A DNA stretch of 64,000 nucleotides from Alphaproteobacteria bacterium (GTDB taxonomy: Bacteria > Pseudomonadota > Alphaproteobacteria > GCA-2731375): positions 352,280 through 416,279 of the forward strand of contig CBDDBZ010000034.1 in NCBI GenBank assembly GCA_965225945.1, written 5' to 3'. This document shows, piece after piece, positions 1 to 10,530 of this stretch. Position numbers and translations under genes: made by a program. Within the stretch, counting starts at the first letter, position 1. Each line of letters starts with the position of its first letter. Under the pieces are notes generated by a model. That model did not search any database. It was not told the DNA's origin and saw only the letters and a program-made list of their open reading frames with translations.

Positions 1-201
1 TTCACGGAGCTGAACGAGGCCTACCGCGCGCGTTTCGGCTTCCCCTTCGTGATGGCGGTGAAGGGGTGCGACAAGGCGGAGATCCTGGCCGCTTACGACG
101 CCCGCCTCGCCCATGACGCGGACACCGAGACCACCACCGCGCTCGCCGAGATCGAGAAGATAGCACTGTTGCGCCTCCGCGATCGTCTGCCGCCGGCTTG
201 A
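1..201 (+). CDS. uraD: OHCU decarboxylase domain, C-terminal part (5' truncated by window edge)
   Basis: Frame 1 reads FTELNEAYRARFGFPFVMAVKG...ALAEIEKIALLRL then TGA at 199-201; N-x-x-Y-x-x-RFGFPF is the UraD signature. Confidence 0.8.
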   Translation, partial: FTELNEAYRARFGFPFVMAVKGCDKAEILAAYDARLAHDADTETTTALAEIEKIALLRLRDRLPPA

Positions 202-268
202 AAGCACGGCACCATCAATTGCTGTAAGCTCCCGCGCCTGGAAATTCGATCGAGGAGAGGACGTCACC

Positions 269-1198
269 ATGGATTACCGCACCATCGCCACCGGTCTGCG
301 CTTTCCCGAGGGGCCGATCGCCATGCCCGACGGCTCGGTGATCCTGGTGGAGATCGAGCGCGGCACCCTCTCCCGCGTGAGGCCCGACGGCACGGTCGAG
401 GTGGTGGCGGAGACCGGCGGCGGGCCCAACGGCGCCGCCATGGGCCCGGACGGGCGCTGCTACGTCTGCAACAACGGCGGCTTCGAGTGGCACTACCAGG
501 AGGACGGGCCGGGCATGCGCTCGATCGGCCAGGCCGCCGACTATGTGAGCGGCCGGATCGAGGCGGTGGACATCGAGACCGGCGAGGTCGAGGTGCTCTA
601 CACCCAGTGCGGTGATATCCAGATCAAGGGCCCGAACGACATCGTCTTCGACCGCCAGGGCGGCTTCTACTTCACCGATCTCGGCAAGGTGCGGAAGCGC
701 GAGTGGGACCGTACCGGGATCTTCTACGCCACCATCGACGGCAAGCACATCGAGCAGGTCGCCCATCCCCTGGTGACGCCCAACGGCATCGGCCTCTCGG
801 GGGACGAGAAGACGCTCTACGTGGCCGAGACCTGGACCGGTCGGCTCTGGGCCTTCGACGTCGAGGCGCCGGGAGTGCTGGCGAAGCAGCCCTTCCCCTC
901 GCCGCACGGCGGCCGGCTGGTCGCCAACACGACGGGCTTCCGCAACTTCGACAGCCTGGCGGTCGAGGCCGACGGGCGGATCTGCATCGCCACCCTGATG
1001 AACGGCGGCATCACCGTGGTGACGCCCGACGGGAGCGAGATCGAGCACGTCGAGGCGCCCGACGCCTGGTACACCACCAACATCTGCTTCGGCGGCGAGG
1101 GTTTGAGGACGGCGTATATAACCCAGTCCTGGCACGGCACGCTGATCGCCTGCGAGTGGCCCCGCCCGGGCTTGCCGCTCAATTTCTTGAATATTTGA
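269..1198 (+). CDS. SMP-30/gluconolactonase/LRE family beta-propeller protein
   Basis: GLRFPEGP, GGPNG, GPNDIVFD, TPNGIGLS, FDSLAV and TTNICFGG motifs; GAGGAG RBS upstream. Confidence 0.9.
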   Translation: MDYRTIATGLRFPEGPIAMPDGSVILVEIERGTLSRVRPDGTVEVVAETGGGPNGAAMGPDGRCYVCNNGGFEWHYQEDGPGMRSIGQAADYVSGRIEAVDIETGEVEVLYTQCGDIQIKGPNDIVFDRQGGFYFTDLGKVRKREWDRTGIFYATIDGKHIEQVAHPLVTPNGIGLSGDEKTLYVAETWTGRLWAFDVEAPGVLAKQPFPSPHGGRLVANTTGFRNFDSLAVEADGRICIATLMNGGITVVTPDGSEIEHVEAPDAWYTTNICFGGEGLRTAYITQSWHGTLIACEWPRPGLPLNFLNI

Positions 1199-1248
1199 GG
1201 AGGTAGACAGCGGCCGGGCCGTTCGACCCACCGATCCCGTCCATTGCC

Positions 1249-2295
1249 TCACATCCGGCTATACCATGTTCCTTTTCTAGTGCCGTGCTGAAACAGATGG
1301 CTGGCCGTTACCAACGATTGAAGGTGTTTTTTCACGGTATTGCGGTTTGCGCCCGTGATCTTTACGACATCGCGAATCGTCATCCGTCCATGTTCCTGGG
1401 CCAGTTCGAGAATTTGAACGGATAGTTCGGGCAGCGCACCGAGCATGATGCGTTCGCGCTCGAGCTTTATTTCGAGCCGTCTTTTCTGCCGTTGCAAGGC
1501 GCGCAGGAAGTAGGTGATCCATGGCGTCCAATCGGGGCTATCACCACGGATCGTGCCCTGAGTTCCGCGCAGAGCGACGTAATAGCTTTCCTTGGTTTGC
1601 TCGATCACGCTTTCCAATGAGCTGTAAGGTATATAGGCGTACTCGCCGCGCAGGAGCAGCAGCGTGGTCAGAATTCGTGACAGCCGACCATTGCCATCCT
1701 GGAAGGGATGAATCTCCAGAAAAACCACGATGAAGAGCGCAACGACAAGGAGTATGTGGAGTTGGCGTTCCTCCAGCGCGGTCACGGTCCAGGCGACAAC
1801 TTCCGACATCAACCGGGGCGTATCGAAGGGAGAGGCCGTCTCCAAGACGATGCCGATCTCGTTGCCGTCGACATCGAAGGCGCTCACATGGTTAGGGTCG
1901 GTTTTGTAGTTGCCCCGGTGCCATTCGTCCTTGGTGCTATGAATCAAAAGATCTCGATGAAGCTGCTTGATGTGATTTTCGGTGATGGCGTCGGCATTGG
2001 CGAATACCGTCTCCATCACCTCCGCGTAACCGGCGACTTCCTGTTCGTAGCGCGTTTCAAATTTCATGATTTCCAGATTTGCGAGCAGCCGCTCGACGTC
2101 CTTGTCGGAAAGTCGGCTGCCTTCGATCCGCGTGGAAGAACCGATGCTTTCGACCGTCGCAACCCGGCGCAGCGCGGACAGCCGCTCCGGTGCCAGCATT
2201 CCGAACGCCCTCCACGCCCCCTTGAATTCATCGATCTCGGCGATGAGGGCGAGCATCTCGGGCGTGATTGCCAATGAGTCGGCCTTGAATGCCAT
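1249..2295 (-). CDS. Fic family protein with C-terminal winged-helix HTH
   Basis: Fic motif HPFQDGNGRLSR; SSTRIEG; C-terminal HTH (GANRNTVKKHLQSLV); visibly lower GC than neighbours; start taken at ATG 2295. Confidence 0.9.
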   Translation of the reverse strand: MAFKADSLAITPEMLALIAEIDEFKGAWRAFGMLAPERLSALRRVATVESIGSSTRIEGSRLSDKDVERLLANLEIMKFETRYEQEVAGYAEVMETVFANADAITENHIKQLHRDLLIHSTKDEWHRGNYKTDPNHVSAFDVDGNEIGIVLETASPFDTPRLMSEVVAWTVTALEERQLHILLVVALFIVVFLEIHPFQDGNGRLSRILTTLLLLRGEYAYIPYSSLESVIEQTKESYYVALRGTQGTIRGDSPDWTPWITYFLRALQRQKRRLEIKLERERIMLGALPELSVQILELAQEHGRMTIRDVVKITGANRNTVKKHLQSLVTASHLFQHGTRKGTWYSRM

Positions 2296-2466
2296 ACCCA
2301 AAAACTTACCCCAAACTACCCACAATGACAAGGTGAATACGAAATAGCCAGAAATCAACCCGTAAATACCCGTAAATGCGGCTATTTCAGGTTCGAGGCC
2401 AGCGCGGAGATCCGGTTTGGATGGCTGCGCCTCCCGCGCAACGCCGCCGACGAGCGGGCCTTCCCC

Positions 2467-4053
2467 TCAATGTGGCAGGTCGAAGGCCTCGGCGAAGCGG
2501 TTGTAGCAGGCCAGGGGATCGCCGTATTTGCGGTGGCCGGCGCTGTGGTGCGCCGAGACCACCAACAGCAGCTCGCGCTCGGGCGACGTGGTGCGGAGAT
2601 AGTCCTCCAGAGTGATCTGGGCGATCTCCTGGTTATGGGGATCGTTGCCGATCTTGCAGCCGATGAACGCCAGGCGTTGCACCAGCGGGCCGCGATCGGC
2701 GCCCGAATCGAGATAGGCCTGGGTCCAGTTGCGGCTCTCCTCGGGGTCGAGCGCCAGCACCACCTCCTCGATGCGCTCGAGGATCGCCGCCTCGCTCATC
2801 CCCTCGGCCGCCGCCGGCGGCTTGATCTCGACCGGCCCGTTGCCCGGGACATGGGCCTGGTGGTGGGCCACCCGGTTGAGGAAGGCGGCGGCGAGGAACA
2901 GCAGCTTCACCCGCTGGGGATGCTCGAAATTGGCGTAGAACCAACCCAGCGTGTTGCAATATTCGTAGCAGTGCTGCGACATCGAGAAATTCATCGGCTC
3001 ACCGGTCTCCAACACCACCCGGGCGGCGGCGATCTGGATCGTGTCGATCAGGTGCATCAGTGATTTCCCGGCCTTCAGCAGGTCGGCCAGCACTTCGAGA
3101 TAGCCGGGCTCCGGCTCGCGGATGATTGCGGTGATCAGCCGTTCGGCCTCCTCGCCCGAGAGCCCATCGGCGTTGGCGTAGAGTGCGCGTTCCTCCTCGG
3201 CGGTGCCGCCATAGGGCACGGCGCTCAGCTTCTGGCCCTCGATGAAGATCTTCACCGCGTTGCAGGCGAGCTCGTAGGTCGAATACCAGCGCGGGCCGAC
3301 GGCGATATCGAGGGCGCCGGCATAGATCACCGGGTGCGCGTTCTCGTGGCCGACCGCGCGGGCCAGCTCCACCGTCGCGCGGGCACGATAAGACTTGTGG
3401 CCGGTGGTGTAGGAGCGGTTGTGCAGCATCCGGTCCTGCACGTCGATCAGCCCGGCGAAGACCAGCTCGGCGAGCGCCCGCTCGCGGTTCGAAGGCTCCT
3501 CGTAGAGGCCCCGGAAGATTCGATAGGCCGCCATCACCTCGCCCCGGTGGACCAGGGTCATCCAGTGGCCCAGCCGCTCCTCCACCGTGCCCGGCTCGCG
3601 AACCGCCTCGGCGTCCGGCCAATGCACGACGGGCACCGGAGGCGGGCCCTCGGGCAAGGTAAAACCGCGCGCGTAGTGGCCCGGTGCCTTCAGGATCTTC
3701 TGGTTCCAGATGTCGAGGCCGGTCGGTATGTACCAGATGGTCTGCGCCAGCGGCAGGGCGCCGTATTCGCCCGGCACCAGGCGTGCCAGATGAATCGCCG
3801 CCCGGGCACTCAGCAGGCAGTGGTCGTTGTTGACGAAGTTGACGTAGCCGTCGTCGATCCGCTCGTGATAGGGCACGTGGGTGAGCGGCCCGTGGATCCG
3901 CACCGCCTCCAGCACCATTTCCTCGAACGGCCGGCCCTCGCGCACCAGGTCGTAATAGGTATCGCTGGCGCCGTGCTGGTCGCGGGCCAGGATGCGTTCC
4001 TTCAGCCGCTCGTAGAGGGCGCGATCGTCCCCCGTCGTCGCCTGCATCGTCAT
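2467..4053 (-). CDS. Uncharacterised helical-repeat protein with four conserved His-containing motifs
   Basis: Long ORF with host-like codon bias and a GGAGGA RBS before ATG 4053; repeated helical blocks containing NDHC, TGHK, SQHC and DPHN. Confidence 0.75.
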   Translation of the reverse strand: MTMQATTGDDRALYERLKERILARDQHGASDTYYDLVREGRPFEEMVLEAVRIHGPLTHVPYHERIDDGYVNFVNNDHCLLSARAAIHLARLVPGEYGALPLAQTIWYIPTGLDIWNQKILKAPGHYARGFTLPEGPPPVPVVHWPDAEAVREPGTVEERLGHWMTLVHRGEVMAAYRIFRGLYEEPSNRERALAELVFAGLIDVQDRMLHNRSYTTGHKSYRARATVELARAVGHENAHPVIYAGALDIAVGPRWYSTYELACNAVKIFIEGQKLSAVPYGGTAEEERALYANADGLSGEEAERLITAIIREPEPGYLEVLADLLKAGKSLMHLIDTIQIAAARVVLETGEPMNFSMSQHCYEYCNTLGWFYANFEHPQRVKLLFLAAAFLNRVAHHQAHVPGNGPVEIKPPAAAEGMSEAAILERIEEVVLALDPEESRNWTQAYLDSGADRGPLVQRLAFIGCKIGNDPHNQEIAQITLEDYLRTTSPERELLLVVSAHHSAGHRKYGDPLACYNRFAEAFDLPH

Positions 4054-4145
4054 CGTTTGTTCCTCCGGCTGCCCGCGCAATGCTAATGCCAGCCGCGACA
4101 ATTAGCCACTCTCCGCGCCGTCCCGCTCCCCCTCCCTCGCCCGCT

Positions 4146-5675
4146 TCAGATTCGCCGGCCCGCCTCGCGCCAATAGGGCTCGCGCAGCTTGCGCTTGAAG
4201 ATCTTGCCGGAATCCTCCCGCGGCAGCTCGTCCAGCACGTCGAGCTTGCGGGGGAGCTTGTAGGCCGCGATCCGCTCGCCCAGATAGGCCCGGACCGCGT
4301 CCAGATCGATTGCAGCGCCGTCCACCACCGACACCGCCGCCGCCAGGGTCTCGCCGAACTCGTCGTGGGGGATGCCGAAGACGGCGCAGTCGCGGACCTC
4401 GGCCATGTCGATCAGCACCGCCTCGATCTCGGCCGGGTAGATGTTGACGCCGCCGGAGATCACCATGTCGTGCCGCCGGTCGCGCAGGAACAGCCAGCCG
4501 TCCTCGTCCAGGTAGCCGATGTCGCCGTTGGTGACCAGGCCGTCGCGCTCGATCGCGAGCCGTTCGTCGTCGCGCTTGTGGTAAGTGAAATCGCTCAGCA
4601 TGTCGATCGACATGTAGATCTCGCCCTCCTCGCCGGGAGGAAGCGGGCGGCCGTCGGGATCGAGAATGCGGAGCCGCGTCCCCTCGCGCGGCCGGCCGAC
4701 GGTGCCGGGCTTGGCGAGCGCCTGCTCGGACGTGGCGATAGTCACCAGGCCGGCCTCGGTGGAGCCGTAGTATTCTCGGATCACCGGCCCCCACCATTCG
4801 ATCATCCGCCGCTTGACGGCAATCGGGCAGGGCGCCGCGCCGTGGATCACGCACTCCAGGCTGGAGGGGTCAAAGCCCTCGCGGACCTCCTGCGCGAGCG
4901 CCAGCAGGCGGACGAACATGGTCGGCACCATGTGCATGTGGCTGAGGCCGCGCCGCTCGATATCGCCCAGCAAGCCCGCCGCGTCGAAGCGCGGCAGCAG
5001 ATGGATATCGCACCCCATGCCATAGAGCAGCCGCATATATGCCATCGGCGCGCTGTGATAGAGCGGCCCGGTGATCGCGCCGACGGCGCCGGGACGCACT
5101 CCGAAGCCCTCCGCCGCGAGCCGTTGGGTCCGTTGTTGCTGCTCGGGCGAGGCGGCTTCCCGCCGCACGCCCTTCGGCCGGCCGGTGGTGCCCGCGGTAT
5201 AGATCATGCTGCCCCGGGTGGCGCCCTCGCCCGCCTCCCAGGGGGTTTGCGCCGCCACCCACTCGCGCCATTCGGGCCGGCCTTCGGGATCGGGGGGATC
5301 GCTTTCGGGCAGGCCGTAGGCGCGGCGGATCTCGGCCGGCGTCTCGACCAGGATCACCTCGACGCCGGCCGGCACGGCGTCTCTGATCCGGGGCCAGAGG
5401 TCGGTATGCACCAGCGCCACCTCGGCGCCGCAGTCGGCCAGGATGTAGCCCGTCTCCTCGGCCGTGAAATGCCAGTTGACCGGCACCGAATAGGCCCCGA
5501 TCAAGCTCGCCGCCTGGGTCGCGGAGATGAAGGGCAGGTCGTTCCGCAGGAGCAGCGCGACCGAGTCGGCCTCCCCCACGCCGAGCGCCGCCAGCCCCGC
5601 CGCCGCGCGCCGCGCCTCGGCCTCGAGCACCGCCAGCGTGACCCGCCGCGCGCCACTGGTCGCGATCGGTTGCAT
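4146..5675 (-). CDS. Acyl-CoA synthetase (AMP-binding enzyme)
   Basis: MIYTAGTTGRPKG, EYYGSTE, TNGDIGY, GGVNIYPAEIE and SGKIFKR adenylation motifs. Confidence 0.92.
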   Translation of the reverse strand: MQPIATSGARRVTLAVLEAEARRAAAGLAALGVGEADSVALLLRNDLPFISATQAASLIGAYSVPVNWHFTAEETGYILADCGAEVALVHTDLWPRIRDAVPAGVEVILVETPAEIRRAYGLPESDPPDPEGRPEWREWVAAQTPWEAGEGATRGSMIYTAGTTGRPKGVRREAASPEQQQRTQRLAAEGFGVRPGAVGAITGPLYHSAPMAYMRLLYGMGCDIHLLPRFDAAGLLGDIERRGLSHMHMVPTMFVRLLALAQEVREGFDPSSLECVIHGAAPCPIAVKRRMIEWWGPVIREYYGSTEAGLVTIATSEQALAKPGTVGRPREGTRLRILDPDGRPLPPGEEGEIYMSIDMLSDFTYHKRDDERLAIERDGLVTNGDIGYLDEDGWLFLRDRRHDMVISGGVNIYPAEIEAVLIDMAEVRDCAVFGIPHDEFGETLAAAVSVVDGAAIDLDAVRAYLGERIAAYKLPRKLDVLDELPREDSGKIFKRKLREPYWREAGRRI

Positions 5676-5884
5676 CCTCGCGCATCCTCCCCCTGCTGGG
5701 CGCCGGCAGTCTGGCAAAGGGACAATCGCCGTGTCAAAGCGGAAGGCGGGGCATAGTGGAAAGGAGCGGCGCCGTTCGCGTTGCTCCGGCGCGGCTGGAG
5801 CATTTCAAGCTGGCGCGAGGCCGCCCGCTCCCCCGGCCCGCCGATTTGCTTCAGACCCGAGGCGCTCCAACGGCTAAGCGCCGA

Positions 5885-8800
5885 TCACGCCGAATTCTCG
5901 ATCCAACGGCGGGTTTCATCTATCGCTGTTTCCAGCTCGGCGACTTCCTCGGCGGCGTCTTCGATCGTTTGGACATCGATCTCGATCTGATGCGCGATCA
6001 TGGCGATGCGTTCCGCCGCGAGATTACCGGCCATTCCTTTCAAATCGTGAGCTGCGCGGCGTGCGCCATCGAGGTCGCCGACAGCGAGTGCGTCTTGGAT
6101 TGCCCTTAGCTGGAGGCTCGATGCATCGGGAATAGCCGCGATCAAATCGTGGAAATCATCCACTTCGATCGCATCGCGCAAACTCGTCAGTCTTTCGGAA
6201 TCAAAAATTGTTCATCATAGCACCTGATGTCGGGTACCCTCCGCCGCGTCGCCCTGGCCCGTCTTGTCGTGGCTTGCGTCGTCTTCGATGGTGTCCGCCA
6301 ACGCCGCCGCCACCCGAGCGGTCTCGCGTCGCCCGACGGCCCGGGCTATCGCGGCAAACAACGCCTTTGGCTCGATCGGCTTGGCGACGTAATCATTCAT
6401 CCCCGCCGACAGCACCTGATGTCGGGTACCCTCCGCCGCGTCGCCCTGGCCCGTCTTGTCGTGGCTTGCGTCGTCTTCGATGGTGTCCGCCAACGCCGCC
6501 GCCACCCGAGCGGTCTCGCGTCGCCCGACGGCCCGGGCTATCGCGGCAAACAAATCGGCTTGGCGACGTAATCATTCATCCCCGCCGACAGATAATCCTC
6601 GCGGTCGCCCGCCATGGCGTTCGCGGTCAAGGCGACGATCGGGATGCCACCTTCGGGTCCCGGCAACCGGCGGATATTCTTCGTCGCGGCCAGGCCGTCC
6701 ATCTCCGGCATCTGCACGTCCATGAGCACCAGGTCGTAGGGCGCGGATTGCACCGACTGGACGGCCTCGATGCCATTGCCGACAACCTCGGCATGATGGC
6801 CCGCCTTGCCGATAATCCCCGTGATCAGCCACTGATTGACCTGATTGTCCTCGGCGACGAGGATTCGTAGCGGCCCGGCCCGAGCCATCGGCGGGGCCTC
6901 CAGGTCGGCCTCGACGGCATCGGGCGGAGCGCCCAGCCCACATGGAATCGTGAACCAGAAAGTGCTGCCCTCGCCGGGCGCGCCCTCGACGCCGATCGCG
7001 CCCCCCATCAGCTCTATCAGTTGCTTGGAAATCGACAGACCGAGCCCGGTGCCGCCGTATTTCCGCGAGGTCGAACTGTCCGCCTGGGTAAACCGAGTGA
7101 ACAGTTTCTCCCGAACATCGGCGGAGATCCCGATGCCGGTGTCCCGCACCGCGACACGAAGCTCGCATGTCTCGTCGTCGAGCATGTGATGCGAGGCGGA
7201 AACCGTAACGCTTCCCCGTTCGGTGAACTTGATCGCGTTGCTCACCAGGTTGAGGACGATCTGGCGCAAACGCACGCAATCGGCTCTCAGCCACCCGGGC
7301 ATGTCAGGCTCGAGTTCCATGCGAAAGTCGATTCCCCTGTCGCTTGCTCTGCCGCCGACAAGGGAGGTGATATGATCGAACTCCCGCTCGAGGTTGAAAG
7401 TCGTCTCCTCGAGTTCGAGTTTCCCGGCCTCCAGCTTGGAAACGTCCAGAATGTCGTTGATGAGGGTCAAAAGCGCGCCTGCTGAACGTTGTGCCGTGGC
7501 GGCCAATTTTCGCTGCTCCGCCGTCACGTCGGTACCGAGAAGCAGGCCAAGCATGCCCAGAACGCCGTTCATCGGCGTGCGAATCTCGTGGCTCATCGTC
7601 GCGAGGAACTCGGTCTTCGCGCGCGTGGCGTCCTCCGCCCTGTCCCGCTCCAGAGCCAAACCCTCCGACAGCTTCGTAAGCTTGCGCGCCTGAATCTCCA
7701 ACACCACGCGCGTGTCTTCGCTCTCCTCGATCCGAATTTTCAGCTCTTCGTTGAGCGTCTTCAGAGAATTCTCGGCGTACTTGCGCTGGGTGATGTCGGT
7801 GTCGGAGCCGCGATAGCCGTGAAATTCGCCATCCTGGTCGAAAACCGGAACCCCGCTCACCTTGATGTGGCGAACCTCGCCGTCGGCGCCTTCGATGGCT
7901 TACTCAAAGTCGCGGAAGGGCCTGCGCGCCTCCAGATCGCCGAAATGCCGCCGCCACATCTCCGGATCGGCCTCGAGCTGGGCGGCGCCGACGAAACTCT
8001 CGCGCAATTTGCCGATGACTGATTCGGGCGCCACTCTCATGGTTTCGAAATACCGGCGGTCGACGTAGGTGAAGGCGCCATCCGGATCGGTCTCCCACTG
8101 CCAGTCGGAGGCGGCCTCGGCGAAGTCCTTGAAGCGTTGCTCGCTTTCGTGCAGTTCCCGGGTTCTGTCCTCGACCTGTAATTCCAATCCCTGGTGTGCC
8201 TCGTGCAACGATTTCGCCGAAAGATCGAGATTGGCCGCCATTCGGTTGAAAGCATCGGTCAAGTGGCCGAATTCATCCCTGGTCCTGACGTCGATCTTGT
8301 GATCGAGCCTTCCGCCGCCGACGATTTCCGCCCCCCGCATCAACGCTTTTACCGGTGTGACGATCCCTCTGGTGATGGCCCAGCCCGAGCCGCCCGCGAT
8401 CGAGATGGCAACGGCGCCCAGGACGATGAGCCAGAAGCGCGCCGCCGCGATCGAGGTCGTGGCATGGCCCGCCGCCAGAATCGTCTCCGCATGGATCAAG
8501 GGCTGGATGCGATCGTCCAAAAGGGCATCTATCGTCGTGAGGTCGTCCTCGAACCTGCGTAGCTTCTCGCGGAGTTCATCGGTGACGGCCATGATCCGCT
8601 TGCCGGCTTTCACGGAATCCGTAAAGTCCCGGTCGATCCGGTCGAGCAAGGTCGTCTCTTCGGCGGAGAGGTCGGTCTCGCGATACGACGCTTCGAACCG
8701 TTCTAAGTCCGCCATCGCATCGGCGGCCTCCGCGCGCAGGGCGGCATCCGGGTGAAGGACGTAGCCCTCGATGGCGGCGAAGGCTTCGTCGATATTGATT

Positions 8801-9390
8801 TCCATTTCCAATGCGCTGTGCAGCTTCTTCAACCCGTCCGGGGCTGTCATATCGATCGCTTGCTGGAGCTTTTCGTCGATGAGCTGGTCGATCTCCTTGA
8901 CGGACTTCCTGATCGTCTGGAGCAAAGCGTACTGCTCGTCGGCGAGGGTGACGATCTCGTCGCCCAGCGTCTTGAAGTCGGCATAGAGCGTGGCGACCTC
9001 CCGGCCCAGCCGTTGCTCTTCGGCGGTTTCCGCCAGCCGCTCGAAGCGGGCGGCGAAGCCTTCGAAATCAACCTCGGAATCGAGCATTACCACGAGGTCC
9101 TCGGGCTCAAAATTCCGGAGGTAACTGAACACCGCCCGGGCGGTCTCCTCGGCGTTGATCTCCATCTCCAGGACGGCCTGTTCGAGCGGCTCCTCGATTT
9201 CCACGACCTGACGCAGGTCCCGATCGATCTGCTGGATATAGCGGTACGAGACGACACCGCTGACCACCAGAACCAGGAGCAGCAGCCCGAAAGCGAGCCA
9301 CAGCTTTTGCGCCACCCCCCAATGCCACAGGTCGGAGATTTGGGCGTCACGAGGTGGGGGAACGTCTCCCTCGCGTTTATCTTCAACCAT
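5885..9390 (-). pseudogene. Hybrid sensor histidine kinase (TM-periplasmic-HAMP-PAS-HisKA-HATPase-REC-Hpt), disrupted
   Basis: HAMP (RDEFGHLTDAFNRM), PAS (ASDWQWETD), H-box ([15 protein letters not shown]), N/G boxes, REC ([14 protein letters not shown]) and Hpt (AAHDLKGMAGNL). In-frame TAA at 7900-7902 inside PAS (FRDFE*AIEG); 192-bp duplication with a 13-bp deletion after REC; Hpt separated by a further stop. Confidence 0.85.
6219..6589. repeat. Tandem duplication with a 192-bp unit; second copy lacks 13 bp
   Basis: 6219-6410 is repeated at 6411-6589; the latter lacks CGCCTTTGGCTCG. Confidence 0.9.
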
Positions 9391-9511
9391 GGCAGCCTCC
9401 TCGGGCGGCCTGTCGCTTTGCCATCAATGCGGGGGTCATCGGCACGCTTGCGTCCCGGGTGTCGAGGTGAGTTGAGGCTAACTTGCTCTCGGTCAATATC
9501 CGGCTCCCGGA

Positions 9512-10012
9512 TCAGTGTCGCTCGTCTCGGGTGAGCGCCTTTTCCACCGCCGCAGCCAGGGCGTCGAGCACTTTCTTCCCGTCCTCCCGCACCTCGCCGC
9601 GGACCTTATGGGCCACGACGGTTGCCATGGCTCCGGCGTGCGCGCTAATCACATCGAGGCCCTTCGGCGCCGCCGGTTCACCGGCCGAGATGAAACGGCA
9701 CAACGACTGCGCTATCGCGGTCAACAACGGATAATCGAGGCTGGCCGCCTGGCCCCCGATGTCGTGGCTGATGGCGAAAATCTCCCCCACGGCATCCGCC
9801 GCGCAGGTCGGCGAGCCCATCGCCCGGGAGATCGCATCGTTGATCTTCCGCAGGTCCGTTTGCACCACGGCCTCGTAATCGGCCCTGAGCTCTCGAAGCC
9901 CCACCTCGGCATCCCGGACCATTTCCGCCATGCTCGCCCCGCCGGTCTTGGCGACCTTCGCCCGTAGAAGGTTCGACGGGTTGATCACCTGGTCCTTACG
10001 CTCTTCGTTCAT
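9512..10012 (-). CDS. Hpt-like histidine phosphotransfer protein
   Basis: ISHDIGGQAASLDYPLLTAIAQSLCRFI resembles alphaproteobacterial stand-alone Hpt-like proteins; ATGA overlap with the upstream regulator. Confidence 0.7.
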   Translation of the reverse strand: MNEERKDQVINPSNLLRAKVAKTGGASMAEMVRDAEVGLRELRADYEAVVQTDLRKINDAISRAMGSPTCAADAVGEIFAISHDIGGQAASLDYPLLTAIAQSLCRFISAGEPAAPKGLDVISAHAGAMATVVAHKVRGEVREDGKKVLDALAAAVEKALTRDERH

Positions 10013-10530
10013 GGTTTCCCCGCCACCTGCCTGGCCACGTCGTCCGAGATATATTCCTTGCGTCTTTCGGAACCGTCGTAGTTCGGGTTCTGGCTGCGCC
10101 GGCGATCCGGACCAACGTAGGTCTTGGTCTTTATGAACGGCCGGGGATTTACAATGATCGAAACGATGCGCGAATGAAGCGTTTCGACCGAGATCGGCTT
10201 GGCCAGAAATTCGGTCACGCCGGCATCGCGCGCCTCGGCGACGAGATGCGTCTCGGTATGGCCGGTCAAGAGGATGATGGGGACGTAGGGAGTATTGCAT
10301 CTGCGCACCAGACGGGTGAAGTCGAGCCCGTCGAGCGGTCGCATCGCCCAGTCGGTGATGATGATGACCGGGCACGAATTATACATTACGTCGAAGGCTT
10401 TCGGCACGTCGGCGCAGAAATTTATTTTTGTGATCCGCATGGCGTTCAAGAGCGCCTTGACGATCGCATGCATGTTCAAGTCGTCATCGACGACCAAAAC
10501 GCTCAGCACTTCTAGGTTATAGTTGCTCAT
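10009..10530 (-). CDS. CheY-like response regulator with C-terminal YxGPDRR motif (Cle-type)
   Basis: VLVVDDD, IITDWAM, LLTG and FLAKP receiver motifs, followed by KTYVGPDRRR. Confidence 0.85.
   Translation of the reverse strand: MSNYNLEVLSVLVVDDDLNMHAIVKALLNAMRITKINFCADVPKAFDVMYNSCPVIIITDWAMRPLDGLDFTRLVRRCNTPYVPIILLTGHTETHLVAEARDAGVTEFLAKPISVETLHSRIVSIIVNPRPFIKTKTYVGPDRRRSQNPNYDGSERRKEYISDDVARQVAGKP

Noticed and set aside
7900-7902. Stop-codon readthrough or recoding at in-frame TAA (also 59124-59126)
   Set aside because: TAA ends normal genes in this window and both stops are one substitution from the expected Tyr/Glu codon; the kinase also carries other lesions.
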